Shown: positions 1 to 8,514 of the stretch, in pieces
How positions within the stretch are numbered: position 1 is the first letter of the stretch
Layout of the letters: every line of letters starts with the position of its first letter
From: Chamaesiphon sp.
Lineage (GTDB): Bacteria; Cyanobacteriota; Cyanobacteriia; Cyanobacteriales; Chamaesiphonaceae
Length of the DNA: 36,302 nt
Direction of reading: 5' to 3'
NCBI GenBank assembly: GCA_965246715.1
Contig: CBDFFH010000033.1
Coordinates: 1-36,302 of the forward strand
Program-made: the position numbers and the translations under genes
Notes under the pieces: generated by a model
The model's input: the letters and a program-made list of their open reading frames with translations, nothing else
Databases searched by the model: none
Told to the model about the DNA's origin: nothing

Positions 1-380
1 ATTTATTAGATCCGCCCGATTTAATTACCAAGAAGATTAAAAAGTGTAAAACAGATCTCGATCGTGGCTTGTCATTCGATGCGATCGATCGACCGGAATG
101 TCGCAATTTACTGACACTATATATGTTGATGTCTGGTAAGTCTAAGGACGCAGTAGCCGAGGAATGTCGGGATTTAGGCTGGGGTCAATTCAAACCATTA
201 TTAACTGAAGCCACGATCAAACATCTCCGTCCGATTCAGACAAAATATCAAGAAGTAATGGCTGACAAAACTTATTTAGAATCCGTCCTCCGCGATGGCA
301 AACATCGGGCGGCAGCAATTGCCGATCGCACGCTAGCAGATGTCAAGGCTGCTTTAGGTTTCTCGATCCCGTTAACCTAA
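1..380 (+). CDS. trpS: Tryptophanyl-tRNA synthetase, C-terminal part (5'-truncated by the window edge)
   Basis: The frame is open from position 3 (LLDPPDLITKKIKKCKTD...RPECRNLL...WGQFKPLL...L.PIQ.KY), which is the typical TrpRS anticodon-binding region. The TTG at 69 is not the real start. Confidence 0.95.
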   Translation, partial: LLDPPDLITKKIKKCKTDLDRGLSFDAIDRPECRNLLTLYMLMSGKSKDAVAEECRDLGWGQFKPLLTEATIKHLRPIQTKYQEVMADKTYLESVLRDGKHRAAAIADRTLADVKAALGFSIPLT

Positions 381-465
381 ATCTCCGATCGCCAGAACGA
401 ACATTAGCGTTGTACTATGTGAGGATCGGCGGGTATCATAAAAATATAAGTTTTGGGGTGCGATC

Positions 466-1407
466 GTGAACGATTTTCGACAAGCTGTGGCTGCTGGTGA
501 GTTCCTGATTACGGCCGAAGTCGCCCCGCCTAAAGGTGGCAATGTCGCACATATGGTGCAAATGGCGAGTGGCTTGAAAGGACGCGTTCATGCGGTGAAT
601 ATTACCGATGGCAGTCGCGCAGTAATGCGGATGTCTTCCCTAATGGCATCCGCAATCTTAATGCAGCACGGCATCGAACCGATCTGTCAGTTTGCTTGCC
701 GCGATCGCAATCAAATTGGCTTACAAGGCGATTTATTGGGCGCTCATGCCTTGGGCATCCAGAATATTTTGGCGCTCACTGGCGACCCGATTAAGGCCGG
801 CGATTATCCCAATTGCAAAGCTGTATTCGACTTAGAATCAGTCCGGCTATTACAAACAATCGATCTACTCAATCGGGGATTCGATCGCAATCAGAAATCT
901 TTACCCGATGGTGCCACCGATTTATTTGCTGGTGCGGCGGTAGATCCCCAATGCAAAAGTATCTCTGGCTTGAAGAGTCGGTTCGAGCGAAAAGTCGCAG
1001 CAGGCGCACAGTTTTTTCAGAGTCAATTAATTTCTGATTTCGAGCTGTTAGATAAATTCATGCATCAGATCGCCCATAGTTATCAAAAGCCGATTCTGGC
1101 AGGAATTTTTTTACTTAAGTCTGCCAAAAATGCCGAATTTATCAACCGCAACGTACCAGGGGTCGAAATCCCACAGACGACGATCGATCGCTTGGCTCGC
1201 TCGTCAGAACCCCTCTTAGAAGGGATGAAAATTGCCGCCGAGCAAGTCCGGTTAGCGCGAGATCTCTGTCAAGGGGTACATCTGATGGCTGTCAAGCGTG
1301 AAGATCTAATCCCCCAAATTCTCGATCTCGCGGGGATTCCGCCGCTAGCTCTCTGTCAGACAAAGTTACAATCGATCGATCGACCGGAACTAGTCGGTAA
1401 AGATTGA
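466..1407 (+). CDS. metF: 5,10-methylenetetrahydrofolate reductase
   Basis: Motifs TAEVAPPKG, NITDGSRA, CRDRN, LALTGDP and GAQFFQSQ of the MTHFR family; GTG start. Confidence 0.92.
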   Translation: MNDFRQAVAAGEFLITAEVAPPKGGNVAHMVQMASGLKGRVHAVNITDGSRAVMRMSSLMASAILMQHGIEPICQFACRDRNQIGLQGDLLGAHALGIQNILALTGDPIKAGDYPNCKAVFDLESVRLLQTIDLLNRGFDRNQKSLPDGATDLFAGAAVDPQCKSISGLKSRFERKVAAGAQFFQSQLISDFELLDKFMHQIAHSYQKPILAGIFLLKSAKNAEFINRNVPGVEIPQTTIDRLARSSEPLLEGMKIAAEQVRLARDLCQGVHLMAVKREDLIPQILDLAGIPPLALCQTKLQSIDRPELVGKD

Positions 1408-1488
1408 GAAAATCACCTGCAATCGAGACCCCTCCCGCCCGTTTGGATCGGTTAAAATAGAATAGCAAAAGACCCTGCGCTCGTCTTT

Positions 1489-1953
1489 ATGAAATTCGAT
1501 TATCAGCTCGATTTCACCAAGATTGATTTCCGTCAGCATCCCGAACTCTACGCCATCGGAAAAGGCGAACAAGGCGTGTTGATGGTAGAACCATACAAGA
1601 GCGAAATCTTACCTTATTGGCGATTTAAGACACCAGAGATCGCACGGCAGTCAGCCGATAAGATTTACGACCTGTTCTTGGCGTATAAGGAACGCGAAGA
1701 TTTTGTGGGCATGGACATGGCGCGCAAGTTTCTGCAGATGGGCTACACGCGATCGAGACGCTATGCCAATCACAAATCAGGGCGTAAATATGCCCCAAAT
1801 TCTAAGGAAATATTGCCACGCGAAGAAGACTCAATCAAGGCAGAATCGGCAAAGATATTTTATGAAAAATGGCAGCAGGCAAAAGTAGATCTTAAATATC
1901 TAGAGCTAGCTCAGCAGCATCAAGAATTATACAAAAAGACTAATCGAGTGTAG
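1489..1953 (+). CDS. DUF4385-family protein
   Basis: Motifs GKGEQGVL.VEPYKSEILP.WRFKTP and GMDMARKFLQMGYTRSRRYANHK. Confidence 0.85.
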   Translation: MKFDYQLDFTKIDFRQHPELYAIGKGEQGVLMVEPYKSEILPYWRFKTPEIARQSADKIYDLFLAYKEREDFVGMDMARKFLQMGYTRSRRYANHKSGRKYAPNSKEILPREEDSIKAESAKIFYEKWQQAKVDLKYLELAQQHQELYKKTNRV

Positions 1954-1975
1954 CAACTATTTATTTAGAAAATAA

Positions 1976-2135
1976 ATCCAGGAAGCTCTCTGTCAAACTG
2001 TCGAGCTGGAGTACCCGGCTCAAAGGTGGACTGGAAAGTAAAGCCAGCGCAAGATCCCTCAGCTGAATTATGCAGTCCAATAGTTCGTTCGATCTTATGG
2101 TTTACCTTCATCACGCTCGTTACTAACTCTTGGAT
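1976..2135 (-). ncRNA. ssaA: Probable 6S RNA (SsaA/SsrS), boundaries approximate
   Basis: The minus strand folds into a rod. The ends ATCCA/TGGAT pair, CGAGC (2119-2115) pairs with GCTCG (2006-2002), and a large central unpaired bubble follows. TGGACTG (2079-2073) pairs with CAGTCCA (2033-2027), with an apical CAGC/GCTG hairpin. Motifs CCAAGAGTT.GTAAC and TTTCCAGT..CACCTTTGAG..GG...ACAGTT.G.CA...CTTCCTGG resemble cyanobacterial 6S as I recall it. Confidence 0.7.
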
Positions 2136-3411
2136 GTTGCGATGACATGGCAGCATGGATCGACGAGTCGAATTTAGGAACACTACCGTGGAAATGCTCG
2201 ACAAAAATCCGCGCCATCGCTGCCGCACCGCCTGCCCCACCAATCCGCTCCAATCCGTTTACCCGACAGCGTTCTAGATAATCTCGATCGAGCAAAGTTT
2301 GCCGCACGGCTTGTGCAGCGAGAGTGATTGTTTCCACATTCGCAGGTTGAGTACCGATAGTTTGAATCGACGCACCCAACAGGCGCATTTGCGCTTCGGC
2401 AAATGTATAGGTAAACTGAGGGCCAGCGCCAGGAAATTGAATTATCGGTTTACCCAAGCCTACTGCTTGCTCGATCGCAGTTCCCGCCATGCCGACAACT
2501 AGATCGCATTGCTGGAGGATATCGGCAAAAGCATCGCAAAAACAGCGGATTTTAACGTCGTGTTGAGGGTGAATCAGATAACCCAAATCTTGATATTTCC
2601 AGCCACGTTCTTCGGCTAATTGTTGTAGGGGAAACATCCCATTTTCGTCGGGGTTGAATAAATTTGGTGTCACAGCGGCACGAAACTGAATCCCATCGGG
2701 AAATAATGGTGTCGTCGCGATCGCGAGATCCAAAAGTAACTGTAAATTATGCCCTGCTTCTGGCAATCTACTTCCTGGTAAGAGTGCGATTAAGGGTACA
2801 TTGGCTAATAATTGTAAATCCTTGCCGGTTGCTTCAAGGGCATCCATCGCGGGAAAACCGACAAATATTGCTTTGGCATAACCCAGATCGTTTAACATTT
2901 TAGCTGTATATCGATCGCGGGTAAAAATCTGCTGACAGCGATCGGATTTGAGCAACCAATCTGTTAACAATGGAAACTTCATCCGATGTTCGTAATATGC
3001 CGAACTCGATACGATAAATGCGGTATAAGGTTTACCCGCGAGATAGGCACCTAGTAACACGACAACATCCCCGATCGCAAAAATTGAGACACAATCTCGG
3101 CCATAATTACGAATAGCTTGAATCTGTCGCCAGAGTAGCGTCAATAATCCAGATTTAATATCTGCTAATAATTTCAATCGATCGTTATATACAAAGCCAC
3201 CAGATGGTAAAGCTTCAGTCGGCCCGATAATCTTTATCCCAAAATTTCGATAAGCATTACCTTGTCCCACGATCGGCATCGCACCAATTTCTAAGTGCGG
3301 TTGTTGTTGGCGCAAAGCTTTAACAATTTGGATACCATGTAGATCTTCTCCATGTCCGTTACTGATAAATAAAACTTTTTGATGCTTGGTTGTCGATTGA
3401 GTATCGTTCAT
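2095..3411 (-). CDS. Lipid-A-disaccharide synthase-related protein (TIGR03492-like, GT-B fold)
   Basis: Motifs ISNGHGED, LPSGGF, LLPGSR.PEA, MAGTA.EQ.VGLGKP and GPQFT..FAEAQ.RLLG. ATG at 3411 (alternative TTG at 3414). Confidence 0.85.
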   Translation of the reverse strand: MNDTQSTTKHQKVLFISNGHGEDLHGIQIVKALRQQQPHLEIGAMPIVGQGNAYRNFGIKIIGPTEALPSGGFVYNDRLKLLADIKSGLLTLLWRQIQAIRNYGRDCVSIFAIGDVVVLLGAYLAGKPYTAFIVSSSAYYEHRMKFPLLTDWLLKSDRCQQIFTRDRYTAKMLNDLGYAKAIFVGFPAMDALEATGKDLQLLANVPLIALLPGSRLPEAGHNLQLLLDLAIATTPLFPDGIQFRAAVTPNLFNPDENGMFPLQQLAEERGWKYQDLGYLIHPQHDVKIRCFCDAFADILQQCDLVVGMAGTAIEQAVGLGKPIIQFPGAGPQFTYTFAEAQMRLLGASIQTIGTQPANVETITLAAQAVRQTLLDRDYLERCRVNGLERIGGAGGAAAMARIFVEHFHGSVPKFDSSIHAAMSSQHPRVSNERDEGKP

Positions 3412-3505
3412 CAAATTTAATGGCTAATGAGGTAGAGATTTAAGCTTTGTCCTAATAATTATTCTCTATATTTAGATTCGATCTTGCTGAGCTTAAATCT
3501 AGATT

Positions 3506-3525
3506 GTGGGCAGTGCCCACCCTAC
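3506..3525 (-). repeat. REP-like GTAG palindrome (GTAGGGTGGGCACTGCCCAC)
   Basis: GTAG foot plus GTGGGCA/TGCCCAC stem; the same core recurs at 4682-4698. Confidence 0.7.
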
Positions 3526-3531
3526 GAATTG

Positions 3532-4635
3532 CTAAGATTTTATGAGGTTAGTATATAAGCTTTCGGTCTGAATCAACATGCGATCGAGTGCAAAATATTC
3601 CTCATATCGTCTGCGCCCATTGTGCGCGAATTTATCGACTAATTCGGGTCGATCGAGTAAATATTGTAACTTTTCGGCCAAACTATCGACATCTTGCGGT
3701 GGAATAATAAATCCAGTTTCACCATCGGCAACCTGTTCGACGATCCCACCGATCGATGTACCGATGACTGCTTTTTGTTGTGCCATTGCTTCCGCACAAG
3801 CGAGACTACATGCTTCCTGTAAAGACGGTAAAACGAAGAAGTCAAATAATTCAATTAATTGAGCGATATTATTAATATATCCAGTGAAAGTAACTCGATC
3901 GGCAATGCCTAAGTCACGAGCTTGTTGTTTGAGTTGTTGTTCTAAATCGCCTACTCCAGCAATAACTAGCCGCAGATTCGATCGATCTTTTGAGACTCGG
4001 GTGAAGGCTTGTATTAGATAAGTTAAACCTTTAGCTTCCGATAGTCTGGCTACCGTTCCGATAATAGTTTGGTTGCGAGGATCGAGCTGAAATCGATCGG
4101 CTAAAGCTGCTACTTGAATCGGATCGATCGTGGGCGTTGCTACGCCATTATATATTAATTGAAGTTTGGCTGGATTCATGCCTAACTTTAGCAAAATATC
4201 TGATTCCGCCTGACAGACGGTAATTACTCTCGTCGCCCAAAGATTGGCAAATAAACAGGCTAATCGATAACTAACTTCACTCGAAGCACCATGATAGCCA
4301 TGTACTGTAAAGACGATCGGCAGTTTGGGAAATAACAGCCGTGCGGGGATAATTAGTTCGTGTGCGCCGTGAACGTGAATCAGATCGATCGGTTGGCGTT
4401 TTTGAGCGGCTTTAATTCCAGCAATGAGTTCGCGCAATCCTTTAAAGAAATTGCGTTCCCAGGCGGTAAATTCATGATAGGTAAGCTGTTGTTCGAGAAA
4501 TGGTTGCAACCCTTTTCCAGTTGGAGCTAACACCGTGATGAGGTGTCGGTGTTGGAACTCAGTAACGAGACTTAAAGCTTGTTTTTCCGTACCACCCTGA
4601 TTGAGGTAGGGTAATATATAAACTAGATGTTTCAT
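3532..4635 (-). CDS. Glycosyltransferase family 4 (GT-B)
   Basis: Motifs GGTEKQ, TVHG, IYNGV, VARL...KG and the EX7E motif (EACSLACAEAMA). Confidence 0.9.
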   Translation of the reverse strand: MKHLVYILPYLNQGGTEKQALSLVTEFQHRHLITVLAPTGKGLQPFLEQQLTYHEFTAWERNFFKGLRELIAGIKAAQKRQPIDLIHVHGAHELIIPARLLFPKLPIVFTVHGYHGASSEVSYRLACLFANLWATRVITVCQAESDILLKLGMNPAKLQLIYNGVATPTIDPIQVAALADRFQLDPRNQTIIGTVARLSEAKGLTYLIQAFTRVSKDRSNLRLVIAGVGDLEQQLKQQARDLGIADRVTFTGYINNIAQLIELFDFFVLPSLQEACSLACAEAMAQQKAVIGTSIGGIVEQVADGETGFIIPPQDVDSLAEKLQYLLDRPELVDKFAHNGRRRYEEYFALDRMLIQTESLYTNLIKS

Positions 4636-4681
4636 CAAATAGCGAACATAATTAAAAACAATGTTATGTAGAGCTATGGAT

Positions 4682-4698
4682 GGTGGGCAGTGCCCACC
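4682..4698. repeat. REP-like palindrome GGTGGGCAGTGCCCACC
   Basis: 8-bp inverted repeat; its core is identical to 3506-3521. It lies just downstream of the thioredoxin gene. Confidence 0.65.
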
Positions 4699-4713
4699 GA
4701 TACCAGAAAGAAT

Positions 4714-5037
4714 CTATAAATACTTTTCTACAGCACCACTAAATTCTTCATAGGGTTTAACCCCAACTAAGGTTTCGACTAATTCACCTTGTTTGAAGAA
4801 CATCACGGCGGGGATACTTCTGAGTCCAAAGCGTTTGGCGATCGGTTTGTTATTATCGATATCTAGCTTTGAAATTTTGGCGCGATCGCCATAATTATCT
4901 GCTAGTTTATCGATTAGTGGTGCGACTAGTTTACAGGGGCCACACCAAGTTGCCGTACAATCAACAACTAATAAAGTTTCTGTTGTCAGCAGTGCATCGA
5001 ATTCGGTTTCATCTTGAATAAATGTCGCAGTACCCAT
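4714..5037 (-). CDS. trxA: Thioredoxin (m-like paralogue)
   Basis: WCGPC active site, SIP cis-Pro motif, 107 aa. Confidence 0.9.
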   Translation of the reverse strand: MGTATFIQDETEFDALLTTETLLVVDCTATWCGPCKLVAPLIDKLADNYGDRAKISKLDIDNNKPIAKRFGLRSIPAVMFFKQGELVETLVGVKPYEEFSGAVEKYL

Positions 5038-5120
5038 CTGGATGTTTTTAACCTCGGTATATTATATAAATGTTGAAATCGGGCGGTAAAAACTACCAGT
5101 CGATCGAGCAATATAAGTGA

Positions 5121-5858
5121 TTACTTTAGTGCCTTCAATATTCCTGGCTCGGTTTGAATCGGTACGATATCGAGCATGTCGGGAGTCGCACAATATTTGA
5201 GATCGGCATGACATTCGAGTCGCAGCAACCTTTGTCCGTGACTGGCCAGGTGAAAGAGTCCGAGTAAATCAGCTTGCCACTGACGATATAGCGCGATCGC
5301 AGCAACAAGTTCATCGTTACCAGCTAATTCTACCAGGGGTAGATTTAATTTCGTCACTAGGCGATCGGCGATCGCGCCAGCACAAACGGTATCTTCTAGC
5401 GAGTAATCACCCTCCCAACCCGATCCTACCAGCCAAACAGTTTCTGGCTGCTGGGAGATGACGTAATCGACGATCGCTTCCCGATTGGTGATAGCCCCTG
5501 CGAGGACGATTTTGGCATCCTGCACGCGTTGTAAGGTGCGAGTACCATTGGTGGTACTGATAAATAACCGTTTGCCCTTTACTGTATCTGGCGTACAATC
5601 TAGCGGCGAATTACCGAGATCGCAACCTGCCACTTTCGCACCACCCCGTTCGCCACCGCGCAAGCGAAGTTCTGGTGCCCACTGCTCGCTGACGTGCATC
5701 AGTTTTTCCATATCGCTAAAGACTTGGACGGCTTCGGCTCCAGCATCAAGTGCAGCCGCCATCGTCGATGTCGCTCGGAGTACGTCGATCGCGATCGCAC
5801 AAACTGGCAGTTCGCCTGTGGGCGTGCGTTCTGGGGTGTGGTAAGTATATAGTTTCAC
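5121..5858 (-). CDS. comB: 2-phosphosulfolactate phosphatase family protein
   Basis: Motifs [14 protein letters not shown]...G.DLGNSP, STTNGT and SLED..CAG. Confidence 0.9.
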   Translation of the reverse strand: MKLYTYHTPERTPTGELPVCAIAIDVLRATSTMAAALDAGAEAVQVFSDMEKLMHVSEQWAPELRLRGGERGGAKVAGCDLGNSPLDCTPDTVKGKRLFISTTNGTRTLQRVQDAKIVLAGAITNREAIVDYVISQQPETVWLVGSGWEGDYSLEDTVCAGAIADRLVTKLNLPLVELAGNDELVAAIALYRQWQADLLGLFHLASHGQRLLRLECHADLKYCATPDMLDIVPIQTEPGILKALK

Positions 5859-6006
5859 AATTTATATATCGATCGAATAAAGTTGTGCTGATGTTGGATT
5901 AACCACACATTCGCTCACCTCATCTTAATCCGAAACGGTGTAACGGTTTCGATCGGACGCGATCGCCCAATCGCCAGGATAATAATTAAATAACTTGTAA
6001 TTCCTC

Positions 6007-6044
6007 CTTTGGTAGGGGCAATTCATGAATTGCCCCTACCAAAG
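6007..6044. repeat. Perfect 38-bp palindrome containing the REP-like GTAGGGGCAATTCATGAATTGCCCCTAC
   Basis: CTTTGGTAGGGGCAATTCA|TGAATTGCCCCTACCAAAG; a near-identical core occurs at 25906-25935. Confidence 0.85.
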
Positions 6045-6145
6045 ATTGAGGTGAGAGTGGATCTGCATTTTATTAAATCCTCATTACTTAGCTATTCGGA
6101 TCGAGATCGAAGATTGAGTTGCCAGCGAGATCCATTAGCACCAAC

Positions 6146-7591
6146 TTACTGTCGTTTTCTGCGTTCGGCTAATTGCAACAGGACTTGTTGATGTTTCTCG
6201 CGGGTAATCGGGTAAAAATAAGCCAGAATTACGCCACCAATTAGCGAGATGGTCGGAATCGGGCCGATCGCCAATCTAATTGCTAACAATACTGCTGGTG
6301 GTTGAACTGGTGCGGCAACTGCCTCCGTCGGATGAATATATCCCGTCCATTCCAAGCTCTGTAAAATTACCGCTAAGGCAACGCCCAAACAGATTTTTTG
6401 CAAAAACACCATGAAGCTATAAAATAACCCCTCGCGGCGCTGTCCGGTTTCGAGTTCGTCTAGCTCGATCACATCTGGCAACATCGACCACGGCACTAGA
6501 TAAGCCGTAGACACCCCCAATCCAGCCATAATGGCCAAGAAGTACAAAGCCGCATTTTGACCTGGCTGGAGTAGAAATAAACCCGCCTGGGAGATCATCC
6601 AGAACCCAGAACCCATAAAGTAAACTGCTTTTTTGCCGACCTTTTCACTGATACGACTCCAAACCGATAACATCCCCAGCGCAGTACCCTGAACTGCCAA
6701 AATAATCAGCGGTGAATCTGCTTGCGGTAAACCCATCCAACTCACGGCAAAATAGGGAATAATCGCAGCGGTAAGTTGGAGACTAAACCACGAGCACAGA
6801 TAAATGCCGACAACAAATAAGAACGGACGATTTGTAAATACCGATCGCAATTGATCTTTGAGCGGCAGCGAGGCAGTCTCCTCCACTCTCGCCGCTTGAT
6901 ATCGACCGACTAATTCCGCTCTGGAGCGCGTACCCCATACACAATAGAAAATCGGAATTACCGAAATAATCGCACAAATAATCCCGATCGTCAGATATTG
7001 TTGCGCCGGATCTTTGACGGTTTGAAAGACAGTCCGTGCGATTAATAGCGCGAAAATACTCGCTCCCAAAGAGAAGGTAAACCGAAAGCTACTCAAACTA
7101 GTACGTTCGTTATAATCTTCCGTCAGCTCTGCTGTCAGTGCGGTGTAGGGGAGACTGTACATCGTAAAAAATGTCCCTAACAACATCGACACCAGCGTAT
7201 AAAAAACGAATAATCCCCACTGATTGGTTTCGGGGAACGGAATCAACCACTGGCAGATAAACAACAACCCAAAGGGAATCGCCGCAAATAGCATCCACGG
7301 ATAACGTCGCCCCCATTGCGATCGAATTTTGGGGCCAAAGACATTACCCCGATCGCTTAAAATACCGATAAAGGGATCGATACAAGCATCCCAGACCCTG
7401 ACTACCAACTGCGTCGCGCCTGCCAACCCTGGTGCTAAATGCGCCACGTCGGTAAAAAATGGCGATAGATAAGACAATAGCAAAATGCCGACGATCGCGC
7501 CCCCAATATCGCCCGATCCGTAGGCAAGTTTGGTACCAAACGTCATTTTTTCGATCGGCGGTAAGGTCGGTTCGGCATCGAGATGATTCAT
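6146..7591 (-). CDS. MFS transporter, glycoside-pentoside-hexuronide (MelB-like) family
   Basis: Motifs KLAYG.GD.G, WDA..DP.IG..SD, WGRR.PW, PYTAL..ELT.DY.ER..L and MLPDVIE.DE..TG.RREG; about 12 hydrophobic segments. Confidence 0.9.
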   Translation of the reverse strand: MNHLDAEPTLPPIEKMTFGTKLAYGSGDIGGAIVGILLLSYLSPFFTDVAHLAPGLAGATQLVVRVWDACIDPFIGILSDRGNVFGPKIRSQWGRRYPWMLFAAIPFGLLFICQWLIPFPETNQWGLFVFYTLVSMLLGTFFTMYSLPYTALTAELTEDYNERTSLSSFRFTFSLGASIFALLIARTVFQTVKDPAQQYLTIGIICAIISVIPIFYCVWGTRSRAELVGRYQAARVEETASLPLKDQLRSVFTNRPFLFVVGIYLCSWFSLQLTAAIIPYFAVSWMGLPQADSPLIILAVQGTALGMLSVWSRISEKVGKKAVYFMGSGFWMISQAGLFLLQPGQNAALYFLAIMAGLGVSTAYLVPWSMLPDVIELDELETGQRREGLFYSFMVFLQKICLGVALAVILQSLEWTGYIHPTEAVAAPVQPPAVLLAIRLAIGPIPTISLIGGVILAYFYPITREKHQQVLLQLAERRKRQ

Positions 7592-7794
7592 AGCAGCTAA
7601 TTTGCTCTGAGCAACGGGGATGGGTGTTAGACTCGCTCTGGCGATCTGCCCATCAACTTACCATTAAACAGCGATCGCGGACGAACGGTAAAATAATGAA
7701 GATGTTGTAATATGTTGCCCGAATTATCGTTAATTTAGTTATATTAGGAGTAATGAAATGCTGTTTCATAACTCCCAATTTTTAGAAGTAAGCT

Positions 7795-8262
7795 ATGTCA
7801 CAAACTGTTGCCGAGCTGATGAATCGCGATCTTCTAACTGTAACTCCCACAACACCACTGTCAGAAGCAATCCGTCTCCTAGTCGATCGACAAATTAGTG
7901 GTTTACCCGTAGTTGATGAAACTGGAAAGTTAGTCGGGGTAATTTCTGAATCCGACTTAATGTGGCGCGAAAAAGGTCTCGATCGACCGCCATATATTAT
8001 GTTTTTGGACAGCGTAATTTATCTCCAAAATCCGGCTCAACACGATCGCGATTTGCACAAAGTTTTAGGTCAAACAGTTGGCGAAGTAATGACGGCTGGG
8101 GCGATCTCGATTACCGCCGATGCAACTCTCCCGGCTGCTGCAAGAATCATGCACGATAAGAAAATTCATCGGTTACCCGTCGTCGATGCTGACGATCGGC
8201 CGATCGGAATTATCACTCAAGGTGATATCGTTAGAGCGATCGCGGCAGATGAGCTGGCTTGA
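7795..8262 (+). CDS. CBS-pair (Bateman) domain protein
   Basis: Two CBS motifs: ISGLPVVD...LVGVISESD and IHRLPVVD...IGIITQGD. Confidence 0.9.
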   Translation: MSQTVAELMNRDLLTVTPTTPLSEAIRLLVDRQISGLPVVDETGKLVGVISESDLMWREKGLDRPPYIMFLDSVIYLQNPAQHDRDLHKVLGQTVGEVMTAGAISITADATLPAAARIMHDKKIHRLPVVDADDRPIGIITQGDIVRAIAADELA

Positions 8263-8514
8263 GGGTCTATAGCTGTTTAGGCACAAGCATCCTGCGTCTC
8301 GATATTTCGTACCGATTGTGTCGGCACTAAAATTTCATCCTCTGCCCAGCGATCGATAAATGCAATAACCGATCTTTTACTCATCGTACCTGTTGAAATA
8401 AGTCGTGGTGCTCCAAAGCCGATCGCATATTGTAGTAAAACCTTTCGCTCGAGCTTCTATGACATGTCATTAAGCAATCGGAAATGACGACCTAGATCGA
8501 CTGTCTTCAAACAC

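Noticed and set aside
1965..2243. 92-aa minus-strand ORF
   Set aside because: It overlaps the TIGR03492-like CDS out of frame and the putative 6S RNA, and has no recognisable motifs.
5975..6082. Possible TIRs (AGGATAATAATTAAAT / ATTTTATTAAATCCT) around the 6007-6044 palindrome
   Set aside because: The match is short, AT-rich and gapped, and I found no target duplication.
6009..6191. 60-aa ORF starting MVGAIHELPLP
   Set aside because: It is a translation of the REP-like palindrome and runs antisense into the MFS gene.
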